A DNA stretch of 62,943 bases, counting the filler, from Trichomonas gallinae (Eukaryota): NCBI GenBank assembly GCA_008369845.1. It is 11 parts of 11 records of this genome, joined end to end, with 100 filler letters (N's around TTAATTAATTAA, not from the genome) between each part and the next. Parts side by side here need not be neighbours in the genome. Positions count along the whole stretch, not along the records: positions 25,910 to 51,413 come from MRSU01000272.1; 10 more parts are not named here. One strand, 5' to 3'. A program made the translations under genes and the position numbers. Each line of letters begins with the position of its first letter. The first letter of the stretch is position 1. The notes beneath the pieces were generated by a model. That model was given only the letters and a program-made list of their open reading frames with translations. It was not told the DNA's origin and did no database searches. Below, in pieces: positions 31,201-42,132 of the stretch.

Positions 31201-34200
31201 CAAGGGCTCTGCCTTTGAGTCATTATCTCACCATTCACTCATTCCTTGGATCAACACAAACAAGAATTTACACTGCAAAAATCATCATTTCAAAAATTTT
31301 GAGCGCGTTGAGGAAACTTCATTCGAAGAACATCATCTGCAGGACAGTTGTTCCTTCCAACATATTCATTGACTCAGCGAACAATACAATACAAATAGGA
31401 ACAATTTTCGATTGTCAGCATAACATGCCGAACAAAGTATCAACGGTTTTACCATTACCGACAGATTTTGCGCAGCCAACGAATCCATTTTTGCCTCCAG
31501 AGTACTACCACAAGCCGCTGTATGAGCATACGACTGCTTTTGATATTTGGCAGATCGGAGTTTTGCTTCTGTATATTTTAACAGGAAATCTTCCGCCTTC
31601 TTACGGCAGCGAGCTTCTTTCAAGACTTTCAACTGAATCTGAACCTAAAAGAGTCCGATTTAACAACGACTACAATTTAGCTGAGCCACCTCTTTACACT
31701 GATATTGGCTTCTTCTACGATTGGATGAAAGGAGCAACAGTTGTTCCACCAACAGAAAGAGTTTATGGAGAATGCGGTGAAATTTTCTTTGTTTCCGAAC
31801 TAGGCTTGCCAGCAACGTGCCTTGATATTGAGAATTATAACTTTATACCACTTGGGTGCAAAGAAGAGCAAGAGGATTTGCATAAACTAATTGAAGTCAT
31901 AGGCTTATGCTTGAGACTTGATCCAACTAAAAGGCCAACAGCCACTGAACTCATTAAATTCAACATTTTCAACTCAAAAGGTCCTTCATTTGACATGCTC
32001 GAAGAATACACAGCATATCCGGATCCAAAAGTCTTCGTCGCGCAATTTTTCTATCCTGTTCTTGACAATTTGATGCCATCGAATTTCAGCTTTGCAATGG
32101 GAATCATCACAGCATTGATTTTCAATGATGACATGACTGAAGAAGACATTGCATATTCATTTCCACTAGGAAAGCGCGCAAATTTGAATGTTATTGCTTG
32201 TTTGTTCAAGAACAATTTCCTTGATATTATTGTCAAATTCGTCATAAATAATCTGTCGAAAGAGATGACGAAAGAAAATGTTGCTTATGGATCATCTTAC
32301 AACAATGAAATTTTCAATGACATTTTTAAGTTTTATGACAAATTCCTGAAAACAGTTGAGCATGGCCAAGGACCTCTCATGCTTTATGTCAATGATGTTG
32401 TTCAAAGTTTATACGAGTTATATGCATGCAATCCATTTATGAGGTATGAAACGAGCTTTCAAATGCTCGAAACGAATGAATATTTCAAGGATTCATGCTG
32501 TTTGTTCATTTTCATGCACAACAAATTATACAACTTAGTTTTGTTTGCTGCACAAGGATCTTCATACATAGCAAACTGCATCGTCAAGACACAAGAGCAC
32601 AATGATGCATACTATGAGCAATTTATTCCATTTTCAAACAATGTCTATTCATTGGCATATTCAGTTGTTTTTGGAAATGAAAAACAGAAATCCAACACAA
32701 TTAAAAACATTGTCGGCTTCTGGAACAATGGACAAAGTATCCCAATTGTCAGACTCTTTGTCGATTTCAAAGTTCCACAAAAAATCTTCCAATGCGTTAC
32801 TTTTCCAAGTTCTCGCAATGATGCAACATCTTTCCTCATTGCTGCATCTAAAACAACATTAACTCACGAAGGCTCACCAACTCACACATACATACAACAA
32901 TGCATGAAGAGCTCAGTTATGCTAAACGCATGCATGATTTTCATCAGAGATCCTAATGCAACAGATGGAGCACGTCAGCCTCTTCTTGAAGTAATAAAAA
33001 TGATTTCACATTTCAATTCGATCCACGATGCTACAAAACTATTCATAAGCGAAGCAATTCCTGAGATCGCTGAGAATTCCGCAAATGTATTGTTTAGAGG
33101 GTCCATAGACACAATAATTAGCAGAGTGTCTCCTATTGCAATTGAGATCATAATGCAATCTTCATATTTACAAAAAATCTTCTCTGTTTTCAGCATTGAG
33201 TATGTACCAAAAGTTGATTTAAGAGTTTTTGCAGAAGAACTTGATATAAACGACAACATTGAGCTGACAAAAAGTCTTTGCTCACTGTTTTATCTTAGAC
33301 TAAGCACATTGCCTTCAGAATTCTCCAATCAGCGTCTTCCTTTGACAGAAACATCTAAATATATACAATACATTCTCATGAATATTCCTGCTGAAGGTGA
33401 CATGATTCTTAAGCCGCAGGAAAATAAGCAAAGAGATGACAATGACATAACAAAGATAAAAAGAAGCAACGCAAGGAAAGAAATTTCGTTTGAATATTTC
33501 TCGGCAAAATCAAGTCTTTTATTTAGATACATTTTCTTGCTTTTCAAGAATATAATGAAAGCCACACAAAACCGTCCTCCCACGGATTTAGTTGCTTTTC
33601 TCTCATCCAAACTATCAGAAGACATCCACAGGAGTGTTGAAGCTGAACATCCGTCTGTATACGCTCATCTTTGCATCCGCAATATTTGTATTTATTTGGT
33701 TGTGAGAACATCAGACTTAAACATCAAAACTAATCTCGTCAACCAATTCTACCACATAATCAACAGAGACATTGTTACACTAACGAATCTCACAGAGCCA
33801 AATATGATCGTCCACATGACAGGTGCATACTTCCAAATGAAAGCGCAGAGGATTGAGCTTCTGCGTGCTTATATTGCATTGGTCCAAAAACCAACTGATC
33901 TCATCAATAACATCGCAAACAAAATTCTCCACAACACGACATTATTTGATGTTCCAATGTTCAACAGTTTAAGAGACAAAATAATGTACCCTATTAGAAT
34001 TGAAGGTGAAAACATGTTCAGAATCATCATCAACCAGAAGACAGATATTTCTAAGCAACTCGCTGTAGCAATCGAGACATCAAACTTCCTCGAAAATGAA
34101 AGGAAACTCTCTGACATGAACAGCAACGAGCCACTTGTATCTTCTTCGCTCAGAATGTTCAACACGATATTCTCTCGCTCAGATCTTTTCTCCCCACATT

Positions 34201-34442
34201 TTGTGAAACAATGTGCTGCAATGAAGGATTCATTCACATCACGTTTCTCACAATCGTTGACAGATCTTACATCCATTAGCATTATTCATCCGAAGCGCGA
34301 GAAAACGTCATCACGTTCACACAGAAGTAGTGGCCTGAAAAGCGAATCATGGAAACGTCCAATCACGACACTCGATGGAAAACCTAGCTCTCTTGTCTTT
34401 GCTCCAGGCTCAAAACCAGTTACTATTATTCAGATCAAATGA
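28284..34442 (+). CDS. 2052-aa IQ-motif protein with a kinase-fold (pseudokinase) domain and ARM-like C-terminus
   Basis: IQ motifs IQSVFRGFMYR and IQKNFRKFRAR; kinase lobe LHSKNIICRTVVPSNI..FLPPE..DIWQIGV..CLRLDPTKRPTA. Confidence 0.8.
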   Translation: MDPDLKAKLAAIKIQSVFRGFMYRSSVKLGLKKNRAAIIIQKNFRKFRARVILERLKQTISLGRIQKAVSVVKKKREIQKEINHLKKFDHILTYYPAKSINNPESLPKIPKTLTMTKRPKTALSSGRKSASSHIESNAKTARKEVQKSSTTVRSLLASSKPKSTRKRKILVNLPPPWHEKDPKRVSQAQQDEMMFQQKNNFAWAKQDLISTLMKRADPRMKLVDDLWAKNEKFKQRKVGKLFIHLVPRAFHHLHIQSAQSITRINGSGIFAVSSLTKVNYFKIKGTIEDSHPFNYVISNIPLFDSIINPSNGNVFGIDCYWRLCFFEGPKVVLSKKLEVDMRIPVLSHFMHFDRHGMLWINLFPQRGDLICVDPLTLETHYKIIFENVVRTNPYISHCIQIIPVYVNGNILGFAGTFVDRGLMIFSFDFLQKREFIHRNLEKYSFMKQIGNKLYLWSSKRYIVVYELQPQIPLTEVCGLINVQDQILAVDGITDPDLLMVSTSAGIKLYLTKKNEVQLNYPTSKMSAQELKFAHKLLGPPEFTKSRCDFSLILIIPSSQIYNVINISKISSKLAFICMISGTGSVVSYLLAAEFFQTRAVDFDSYEFDDKEEFALQTVREFSRCFKEIEEIDADLKHKKAKAEYFDAKITEGMLSLMFSESKRKFSLIDAITNFDVRSTNAFLPPIPPKSLSVYEMFHFFMRADILPTPLISFSPFLVRFCRTKIKPESPPSRFVERPIPLITSGVYNCITDQFFTLKEVQNKIDEVNPVARLKQLASKYVISDISALTSQKMVGSKSFFVSDQIGQLNKRISKLSKLEDIVKHEILKRLLEGIYSRLLQQINLNTSAEQEAALLNRIRPQVSTEMQLIKQKDVDHVDFYPTPNRNPLLEIKRHKSIYECWSNKQLFGRDNDSHNFLMKWVLPRGYFDNSAVENHFKFVTNVANSAHYISTLVYGYKTDVQNATTHIVVTQNTRALPLSHYLTIHSFLGSTQTRIYTAKIIISKILSALRKLHSKNIICRTVVPSNIFIDSANNTIQIGTIFDCQHNMPNKVSTVLPLPTDFAQPTNPFLPPEYYHKPLYEHTTAFDIWQIGVLLLYILTGNLPPSYGSELLSRLSTESEPKRVRFNNDYNLAEPPLYTDIGFFYDWMKGATVVPPTERVYGECGEIFFVSELGLPATCLDIENYNFIPLGCKEEQEDLHKLIEVIGLCLRLDPTKRPTATELIKFNIFNSKGPSFDMLEEYTAYPDPKVFVAQFFYPVLDNLMPSNFSFAMGIITALIFNDDMTEEDIAYSFPLGKRANLNVIACLFKNNFLDIIVKFVINNLSKEMTKENVAYGSSYNNEIFNDIFKFYDKFLKTVEHGQGPLMLYVNDVVQSLYELYACNPFMRYETSFQMLETNEYFKDSCCLFIFMHNKLYNLVLFAAQGSSYIANCIVKTQEHNDAYYEQFIPFSNNVYSLAYSVVFGNEKQKSNTIKNIVGFWNNGQSIPIVRLFVDFKVPQKIFQCVTFPSSRNDATSFLIAASKTTLTHEGSPTHTYIQQCMKSSVMLNACMIFIRDPNATDGARQPLLEVIKMISHFNSIHDATKLFISEAIPEIAENSANVLFRGSIDTIISRVSPIAIEIIMQSSYLQKIFSVFSIEYVPKVDLRVFAEELDINDNIELTKSLCSLFYLRLSTLPSEFSNQRLPLTETSKYIQYILMNIPAEGDMILKPQENKQRDDNDITKIKRSNARKEISFEYFSAKSSLLFRYIFLLFKNIMKATQNRPPTDLVAFLSSKLSEDIHRSVEAEHPSVYAHLCIRNICIYLVVRTSDLNIKTNLVNQFYHIINRDIVTLTNLTEPNMIVHMTGAYFQMKAQRIELLRAYIALVQKPTDLINNIANKILHNTTLFDVPMFNSLRDKIMYPIRIEGENMFRIIINQKTDISKQLAVAIETSNFLENERKLSDMNSNEPLVSSSLRMFNTIFSRSDLFSPHFVKQCAAMKDSFTSRFSQSLTDLTSISIIHPKREKTSSRSHRSSGLKSESWKRPITTLDGKPSSLVFAPGSKPVTIIQIK

Positions 34443-34715
34443 TTTTATATATATATTGTTTTTTATTGTTATATTAAATATTTGTTTGTGTATTTTATTT
34501 TATATAATCATATTTTATTAATAATGACAAATATTAAAAACTTGCTCAATTATATAGTTTTCGCAAGTTTTTATGAGTGCTTAAAGGTCATAATATTTAA
34601 TATTTTAATATAAAATTTATTGAATTTTCTTGTTTTAAACCTAACTCCTAAAAAGATCTATATTTTAATTTTTGTGTTTAAAAAATTATGATTTGTTTAT
34701 TCTGAGAATTCACAA

Positions 34716-35486
34716 TTAGGCCTTTTTCAAGAAGAATGAATCTGAGATTTCATATATCTCATTTGTTTCTTTATCAATGATTGTGGCCGATGACTTATCA
34801 TTGATTTTCAATATTCTGCAATCGACTGGTTTGTTTTTCTTCAAATCGAAAAGAATTGCATCTCTTTCTTCCCAGTTTTTATAAAATGTCGTGAAGTCGG
34901 CATCAAACTTGGCTGGGTTCTCTTTGTAGGTTTGCATCAGTTCAACGAACTTGTTGACGATCTTCACTGTGATTTCTTCATGTGGAAATTCTTTGCCACA
35001 GAGTGCTGACATTGAAGAGATGTCAAAATCAATTGCATCAATGGAATCTTGTTTCAAATTGACGTAGACACCGATTCCAACAAGCACAGACTTCATGTTG
35101 TCAGTTGTGATGCTTTCTTCACACAGGATTCCACCAATTTTCTTTTCTCCAATATATAAACCAGGTGGCCAGGCAATGAAGCTCTTTTTATCATCATGGA
35201 GATACTCATTGACGACTGAGCTTGCGGCAACGAATCCAACATCTTTTATTTTCTTGAGACAAATATCGCCATTAATAAAAGACTGAGGTAGCACGATAGT
35301 AACCATCACATCACCTTCTCTGTCTGATATCCATTTACGTCCATAAGCAGCAATTCCGCTTGTTTGCTTCTTTGCGATTACAGCTGCCCATTGGTTAGGA
35401 TTAGATCCCGATACAATAGGATAGTTCCTGGTGAAAATCTGAGTTGAATCGATAGAATCCCATCTAATGAAGTTGACTTCTACCAT
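34716..35486 (-). CDS. Biotin-protein-ligase (BirA/BPL) fold protein with degenerate motifs
   Basis: DSIDSTQ, AKKQTSG...GRKW, WP, KKIGGILCE and GIG occur in BPL order. Confidence 0.75.
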   Translation of the reverse strand: MVEVNFIRWDSIDSTQIFTRNYPIVSGSNPNQWAAVIAKKQTSGIAAYGRKWISDREGDVMVTIVLPQSFINGDICLKKIKDVGFVAASSVVNEYLHDDKKSFIAWPPGLYIGEKKIGGILCEESITTDNMKSVLVGIGVYVNLKQDSIDAIDFDISSMSALCGKEFPHEEITVKIVNKFVELMQTYKENPAKFDADFTTFYKNWEERDAILFDLKKNKPVDCRILKINDKSSATIIDKETNEIYEISDSFFLKKA

Positions 35487-36355
35487 GGAAAACGAAAATT
35501 GAAGTCAGTAATAAAAATTCAATGGAAAATTTAATAACATTTGGTGGCAAATTTTAAAATACTATATTAAAATATTTTAAGGGGATTCCGCCTCGCTTTT
35601 CGCGCGCTGAATAAAAAAAATTGCGCATTTCGTTCGCTTCTAAAAAGTGAGAATTCGCACAACCCTAAAGAAACAGATCCATTATTTGTTCCACTTTTGA
35701 ATGATGTTGCGATTCTCTTGTATATTGATCTTCAAAATTAATTACAAATGTGCTTCGCCAAAAATGTAGCGTAGAAATCAGACTAGTATTCTACCCATGG
35801 TATATATACCTTACCCTTAAGATATCTAGGAGGTTCATAAGGGCGTTTTGAAATTGATAAAATTAAATTTCTCAAATCTAACAAACAAAGCTAGCCATGT
35901 AAACTTTATAAAGAATTCCAAGAAATATGAGGTTTCGAATCAAGAAAAATAACAACTACTGTTTAAATAAAAATTTTTGCAGCTAATGATATCGGTGATG
36001 CACTTCTCGATACTTCACGTAGTGGCTCATTGTAAGATAAGTATCCTTTGGCGTTGTTTTCGATTCCAGTTCTTAAGGCTTGTATCGATTACCATAGATA
36101 CGGAGAAAGAATATTTGATCGAGTTTCTGACTTCTTTTCTTGAAATATCAAGAATAATTCGATTATAGTGTCTGCCATGTAAAACCATATTTTGACGTAT
36201 AATGCTTTGTAAACCATTCAAAAGATTACTGATTTACATCGAATTGTTATTTAATCAGAATTAGAAGAATTGGATCTAATGAAATCTAAATATGAAGAAA
36301 AATCGAGAATAATGCTTGATCATTGTATAAAATTTGGCGGTTTTTCATAAATTTC

Positions 36356-39298
36356 ATGAGTTTTTCGAGTAGTGGGAAGGTGAATGGCCAATACATCGTC
36401 ACAAATGATGCTAAGGCCAAAGAGTGCCTTTCTCGCATAACCAATGTTTTGAATTTGAACTCTTCGAATTTTCTTGATATGAAAAATATTCCTGAAGAGT
36501 CAATGGATAAATTAAAAGGACTGACCGGTGCTATAATCAAGTATAATAACATTTCGTTAGAAAATTACTTAACTAAACCTCAAAATTTTAATGAAATGAA
36601 AATAATCGCACTTGGATTAAATATAATTAATGAATACAATAACAAAGAAATACTTGATCTCAACCAAAAACTTAAAACAGCCGAATCAGAAAAAATCGAG
36701 CTACAAGCACAAATCAAATCCTTACTTATGCAGGATAAAGCTTCCCAAGTTAGCGATTCATCAGCAGAAGACTTACAAAGAATCAATAACGTGTCAAAAA
36801 ACATATCTGATGCTCAAGAATTGATAAATGAATTAATTAATTCGAAAGATGAAGCAATTGAGAGTGCGAAGCGTGAAGCACGTCAACAATACAAAGAAAA
36901 AATGCTTCAATTGAACGCATTGGTGAAAGAAATTCCACCTTTACAAGATGAAGTTCTTCGATTAAGGAAAAAACTGAAAAATAAATCTAAAATGGAGGAA
37001 GATTCGCAAAATACAATAGCACTATACGAAAGTGAGCTAACAGAAACAAGAAATGCTGTTTATGAATTACAATCTCAACTTCAAACAGCCCTTGAAGAGA
37101 ATTCTAGACTTTTGCAAGTCAATGAAGATAATTCTAAATCTATTTCTGAAGAACATTCATCTGGAATCGCAAAAGGCCAACAAAGATCTTTATATGCAAT
37201 CGATGAAATGTCTCAAAGCTACAAACAATTATCAAATGAGCTCTCATCGGTCATAAATCAGCGAAACAGTCTGCTTTCAGCCTTAAATAAGCAACAAACA
37301 ATTTTAATGAAATTTGAAAATCTTTCAGATCTTAACAAACAGAAATCTCCTCAAACAATATACGCGAAACCAATAATTTCACAACCATTGCAGGAAGAAA
37401 AAGGCGATAAAATACTTGAAACGCTCGCAATAATAGATCATGATAATCTCGAAGATGAACTTGATGATATTCTTGATTTATCTCGCGAAAATAAACCATT
37501 TAACGTTCGAGCAGCCAACATTGTTAATCTTCTCTTGACCAGGCTTCAAAATCAAAAGCAAATAAATCTCAAACAAAAGAAAGAAATTGATACATTTGTC
37601 GATAAAACTCCAATTGTTGACAAACTCTCAAAACTTTTAATTTCACAATTATCTTTTGTCGAAGAAATTTCCTCTAACGAAAATCTCAAAATCAATTCTA
37701 ATATTAGGGATAAACTCTACAACTCAGTCAAGCAAATTCAAGATTATATTGATAAAAACATCGGAACAATCAAAAAAGAATTTTCTATTTTTGATTTCTT
37801 GATAGCTGATCCAGAGAAAATCAAGGACTCTGTGGTTGACTACCTGACAAAATTCAATGACATACAAACAGACGAAGGATTTGAGCTTTTCTTGATTCTG
37901 AAACAAACAATTGCCATTTGTCTAGTTTTAATAAAAATCAATTTAGAATTATCAAGAAAAGCAGAAATTTCATCGACTGAAATCAAGAAACTTAAAGATA
38001 TTGCTTCTTTGCAGGATGACTACAATTCGATGATCGTGACACTCAACAAGTTCGAAGACAAAATAGCAGAAAGGGATCAGAAGCTAAAATCCATTTCGCG
38101 ACTAATCTCTATGAATCCTGCGAAATCTGATGCTTTTGATCAAATAAAGAAAATCATTGAATCAGAAAACGCTGAAGAAGTTTTTGAAATTGAAGCTGCG
38201 AAAATTTACACGAATGAAATTAATTCATTGAAGAAAGAATTAATAAAGACAGACAAACTTTTGAAGCAGGCGAAATCTTTATTGCAGCAAAAAGATAAAG
38301 AAAATGAGAAATTGCAGCAAAAACTTGTCCAAGAAACAGAAAATCTCAAAAACGCAAGCACGGCGTTACAAGACGAAACGCAGTGCATCGTTCAGAGTCA
38401 GAACAACAAAATTGAGCTTCTCACTGATCAAGTCAACTCAGCACAGCGAATAATAACGAACCTTACTGATGAATTAAATGCGTTGAAGATCAGAAACAGT
38501 CAATTGAGAAAAACTCTTACCGATGAAAGACTGAACTACTCCAATTCTATTGTTCAAATCAAAGAGCGCTCGAAGCAGAAAATGGAGCAAGCTATGAACA
38601 TGCTTTATGATGAGCAGTCTCTTAGGCTTGATGAGATGTCGCAGAGGATAAAAACTGTCCAAAGACAGCTAAAGAAGAGAACTCAAGAGGTCAACGATCG
38701 TGACGAAGTAATAAGAATGCAGGAAGAAGTGAATGAATCGCAAATGAATCAGACTGCGGAGCTTCATACAACAAACATACAGTCAGAGCAGAAAATCAAC
38801 GAACTCAACGAAAAAGTAAGAACGCTTTCCAACCAGCTAAATGATTGTGAAATCGAGAAGAAATCTCTGTCAATGCAGCTCATATCTGCAAACGACAAAA
38901 ACAAACGTGACGAGTCGTACTTCAAATCACAAGTAGAGATGATCAATTTCTCATCGAAGCAGGAAATCCAGAGAAACTACATCTGTGCAAAGGAAGAATT
39001 TGATTTGGAGTTGACATCGTTTTTGCGTGATATATGCAACAAAATCCCAGAATATGTTGATTTTTCAATCCCAATTGACAAACAAAACACGTTAGCAATG
39101 ATCTCAAAAGTTGCAGATAAAGCCAAAAATGCAGAGAAAAGCAACAAAATTCTTTCTGATCTTGAACGACAAGACCTTGAAATTCGTGCAATTGTTGGTG
39201 CATCAAAAACATCAAGTACAATAAATGCAGTGCGTGAATTTGCGTCCGTCGCGCAATCCAACAAATTACGATTGCAGAAAGTAAATGAAAATAAATAA
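36356..39298 (+). CDS. Long coiled-coil protein, unknown function
   Basis: About 980 aa heptad-rich ORF; ATG 36356 is preceded by TCATA (Inr-like). Confidence 0.8.
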   Translation: MSFSSSGKVNGQYIVTNDAKAKECLSRITNVLNLNSSNFLDMKNIPEESMDKLKGLTGAIIKYNNISLENYLTKPQNFNEMKIIALGLNIINEYNNKEILDLNQKLKTAESEKIELQAQIKSLLMQDKASQVSDSSAEDLQRINNVSKNISDAQELINELINSKDEAIESAKREARQQYKEKMLQLNALVKEIPPLQDEVLRLRKKLKNKSKMEEDSQNTIALYESELTETRNAVYELQSQLQTALEENSRLLQVNEDNSKSISEEHSSGIAKGQQRSLYAIDEMSQSYKQLSNELSSVINQRNSLLSALNKQQTILMKFENLSDLNKQKSPQTIYAKPIISQPLQEEKGDKILETLAIIDHDNLEDELDDILDLSRENKPFNVRAANIVNLLLTRLQNQKQINLKQKKEIDTFVDKTPIVDKLSKLLISQLSFVEEISSNENLKINSNIRDKLYNSVKQIQDYIDKNIGTIKKEFSIFDFLIADPEKIKDSVVDYLTKFNDIQTDEGFELFLILKQTIAICLVLIKINLELSRKAEISSTEIKKLKDIASLQDDYNSMIVTLNKFEDKIAERDQKLKSISRLISMNPAKSDAFDQIKKIIESENAEEVFEIEAAKIYTNEINSLKKELIKTDKLLKQAKSLLQQKDKENEKLQQKLVQETENLKNASTALQDETQCIVQSQNNKIELLTDQVNSAQRIITNLTDELNALKIRNSQLRKTLTDERLNYSNSIVQIKERSKQKMEQAMNMLYDEQSLRLDEMSQRIKTVQRQLKKRTQEVNDRDEVIRMQEEVNESQMNQTAELHTTNIQSEQKINELNEKVRTLSNQLNDCEIEKKSLSMQLISANDKNKRDESYFKSQVEMINFSSKQEIQRNYICAKEEFDLELTSFLRDICNKIPEYVDFSIPIDKQNTLAMISKVADKAKNAEKSNKILSDLERQDLEIRAIVGASKTSSTINAVREFASVAQSNKLRLQKVNENK

Positions 39299-40932
39299 TT
39301 TTGTTTATTTACGAAACTAGCTTTTTCACACTAGTGTGTTGGAATGTATATTGTGGTATTGATAATTTCAGCCGTTCTATATAATCCCATTCATTATGAT
39401 TATGTTGGCAAGAACTGTTTTTTTTTTTTTTTTTCTCAGAAAAAATAATTAGAGAATATAATGATTTCTATAGGGTGTCCGGCTAAGTGTGAGCATCTCA
39501 AGTTAAGGGTGTGCCAGATTCGATCTGAAAACAGATATAGATAGCCTATGGACTGACAAATGTCCAATATATATATTTAAAAACTTATGCAATCGAAATC
39601 ATTTTATTTATATTTTGCGAAATCAAAATAAAACAAAAAGATAGATGATAGAACTAAATATATCATATATATGTTAAGTGAATTGTTTTTGAGAGGCATG
39701 TCGGGGAGGTTTTTATTCTCATTCTGTCAGAACATCTTAACATGAAGACTGAAGAGTCGACACCAACCAAAGTATTCAAATCTCCTTTCTATACAACATA
39801 TAACATACTCGGACAAATTACATGTAATGAAGATGACTACAAAGTATACATACCTGATCAAGCAATTTTAGTTGCCCTGGGATGGCATATGGGATAGGGA
39901 TGGGATGGATTTGGGAAAAGTTCAGATGTATACTGCAAATCCTCAATAGAATAACTAAAACCACATAACACCACAGATCAAAAACTGTTCTATGGCAACA
40001 GTGAAGAAACCATTTTTAGTGCAGTGCATCTGAATGAAAAAATGCTAGACTTGCAAGTTATAGGATTTCTATCCTCGCATATTAGGTTGTCTTTCGAAAT
40101 TTCATTTTCAAGCGCTTCCCGAAAATTATTGGAAAATGAGTACCCTATAATACTATCTTTTATTGGACGAACTCCAAAATATGCTGGTGTATATAAAATG
40201 GCAGACCTTGTAAAGGAATTAGAAAATGCTTGTTCTGTTAACCAAGAGAATAGTCAGAAAGGCGGATGAGAAGATAAAATATCATAATAATATCTTTGCT
40301 TTACTAAAGAATTATGAAGATATTTACTCAGCATGATGCTCGTAATAAGGTTAAAATTTTCCTCAAACGCACCTCACTATATGATTTCATGTCATAATCA
40401 TTATTTTGCCAGAAAATGTGTAATAGCTTCATTTTGTTCTAGTTTACAATACTGTATTACGTGATGTCGAAACGCTGATAGAAATGACGCTACTATCATC
40501 AAAAATGAAGCTTTATTGGAATACAAAAATGTTTTCATGCCATCATCATGTGGCCGATATATGAATCACTCCATGTTGCATCGACTCATAACTGTACCAT
40601 TAGATTTTTATTTCTAGTCACTATTTTTATTGCTAATTAAAAAAATGTTGGCAATTAAAATTTTATTAGTGAGAACTGCCGAATAATGATATTTTTCATG
40701 GTATTTTTCGTTTCGCAATTTTCAATTGAACAGTTTCAATGTGTTCACAATGTTCCAATTGTTTTTTATATCATTTTTCAATAATATACATATTTTGATG
40801 TTAAAATTTAGCTGTCAAGATTTTGAATTTCAATACAAAAAATTGTCTGTCAAGATTTTTTCCAATGAAATACTGTTCTAAATAACAATATAAGGGTTTA
40901 AACAGTTCAATGCGACTTTTTTTTAATTTTTG

Positions 40933-42132
40933 ATGTATGTTTTTTCTTTAATCTCTTTGCAAGTTGTTAGATTTACAGATGATATTCATGAAGAAAAGCG
41001 ACAATGTACTTCTTCTAACTCATGCGTTTTCTATGCGCCAAGAGGAAGAGGAGGAGGAGTAACATTCATTTATGCATTTGACCTTCAAAATGATGATGAA
41101 GTCCGATATAAGAACTCTTCATACTATAATAATGAAGATCCTACAACGTGGAAGCATATCGATAATAATGAAAAACTAAAATTATTTAAATCAGGCACAT
41201 CTCAGTCGATTTATATCAAGCCAACGATTGATAGAGAAATTTTTGTACGAGGTGGTAAAGTAAGCAGACGCAATTGCCCTAACGGCACAATTATATCATC
41301 AAGAACCGAATTTGATATTAATAATTTTAATAATAAGCCATTTTATGCATTTCCAACTACATTTTGTGTAATATACATGCAACAGAAAGGTTCATTATTT
41401 ATCAAAAACACTTTACTACCATTTGATAAATTAGAATTTAAACGAAATGACTATAGTTTCTCAAATATACCAAATGGTGCTACTCAAACTGTTGTTTCAG
41501 GACAAATTCCAATATATTTAAGGATTTCATTAAGCTCTAATTCTGCCTCTCGAACTTTATCTGCAAATATTGCAGGATCATCGACAAATATACGAGAAGA
41601 TTTCGAATATACAGATAAAGAAATAGGCACTGGCGATGAACCAGAAGATGGTGATCCAGATTCAGAAATTGAAGAATCTCAAACTGAATCAAATACAGAA
41701 TCACTTGAAGAAACACCAGTAAATACGCAAGAAATAGAAAGTAGTTCAGTCAAAACAGAAGAAACGAAAATTACTGAACAAAATTCAGTTGAAATTACAC
41801 CAGACGCAACGTGGGAAGGTGATTGGGCAGAACCACCGAATGTAATAATAAGAGGTGATGATGTTCCTCAAATAAAAGATACATACCCACCGCTTCAAAC
41901 AAAATATGTCAAAACAGTAGTACCAAAAGTTACTACATATATCAATGTTAGCATGGGAACATCTGTGATAGTTTTTGTCGTGGCACTTACACTTGTAAAT
42001 ATCATTAGAACATACAGAAGAATCAAACTCAAGCAGGCAATTGAAGCGATGAGCTCATGTTCAGATTTCGAAGATATTTCTTCTAATGAATTTGCTTATT
42101 CTTATGATACAGATCCATTCGAAATGAGCTGA
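40933..42132 (+). CDS. Type I membrane / surface protein
   Basis: Short hydrophobic N-terminus, Cys-containing ectodomain, E/T/S-rich stalk, TM (VSMGTSVIVFVVALTLVNII), basic stop-transfer and short tail. Confidence 0.75.
   Translation: MYVFSLISLQVVRFTDDIHEEKRQCTSSNSCVFYAPRGRGGGVTFIYAFDLQNDDEVRYKNSSYYNNEDPTTWKHIDNNEKLKLFKSGTSQSIYIKPTIDREIFVRGGKVSRRNCPNGTIISSRTEFDINNFNNKPFYAFPTTFCVIYMQQKGSLFIKNTLLPFDKLEFKRNDYSFSNIPNGATQTVVSGQIPIYLRISLSSNSASRTLSANIAGSSTNIREDFEYTDKEIGTGDEPEDGDPDSEIEESQTESNTESLEETPVNTQEIESSSVKTEETKITEQNSVEITPDATWEGDWAEPPNVIIRGDDVPQIKDTYPPLQTKYVKTVVPKVTTYINVSMGTSVIVFVVALTLVNIIRTYRRIKLKQAIEAMSSCSDFEDISSNEFAYSYDTDPFEMS

Noticed and set aside
35578..35850. GC-richer patch with AACCCTAAA and CCCTTA/TAAGGG stem considered as telomerase RNA or U1
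   Set aside because: Only short motifs; no supporting architecture visible.
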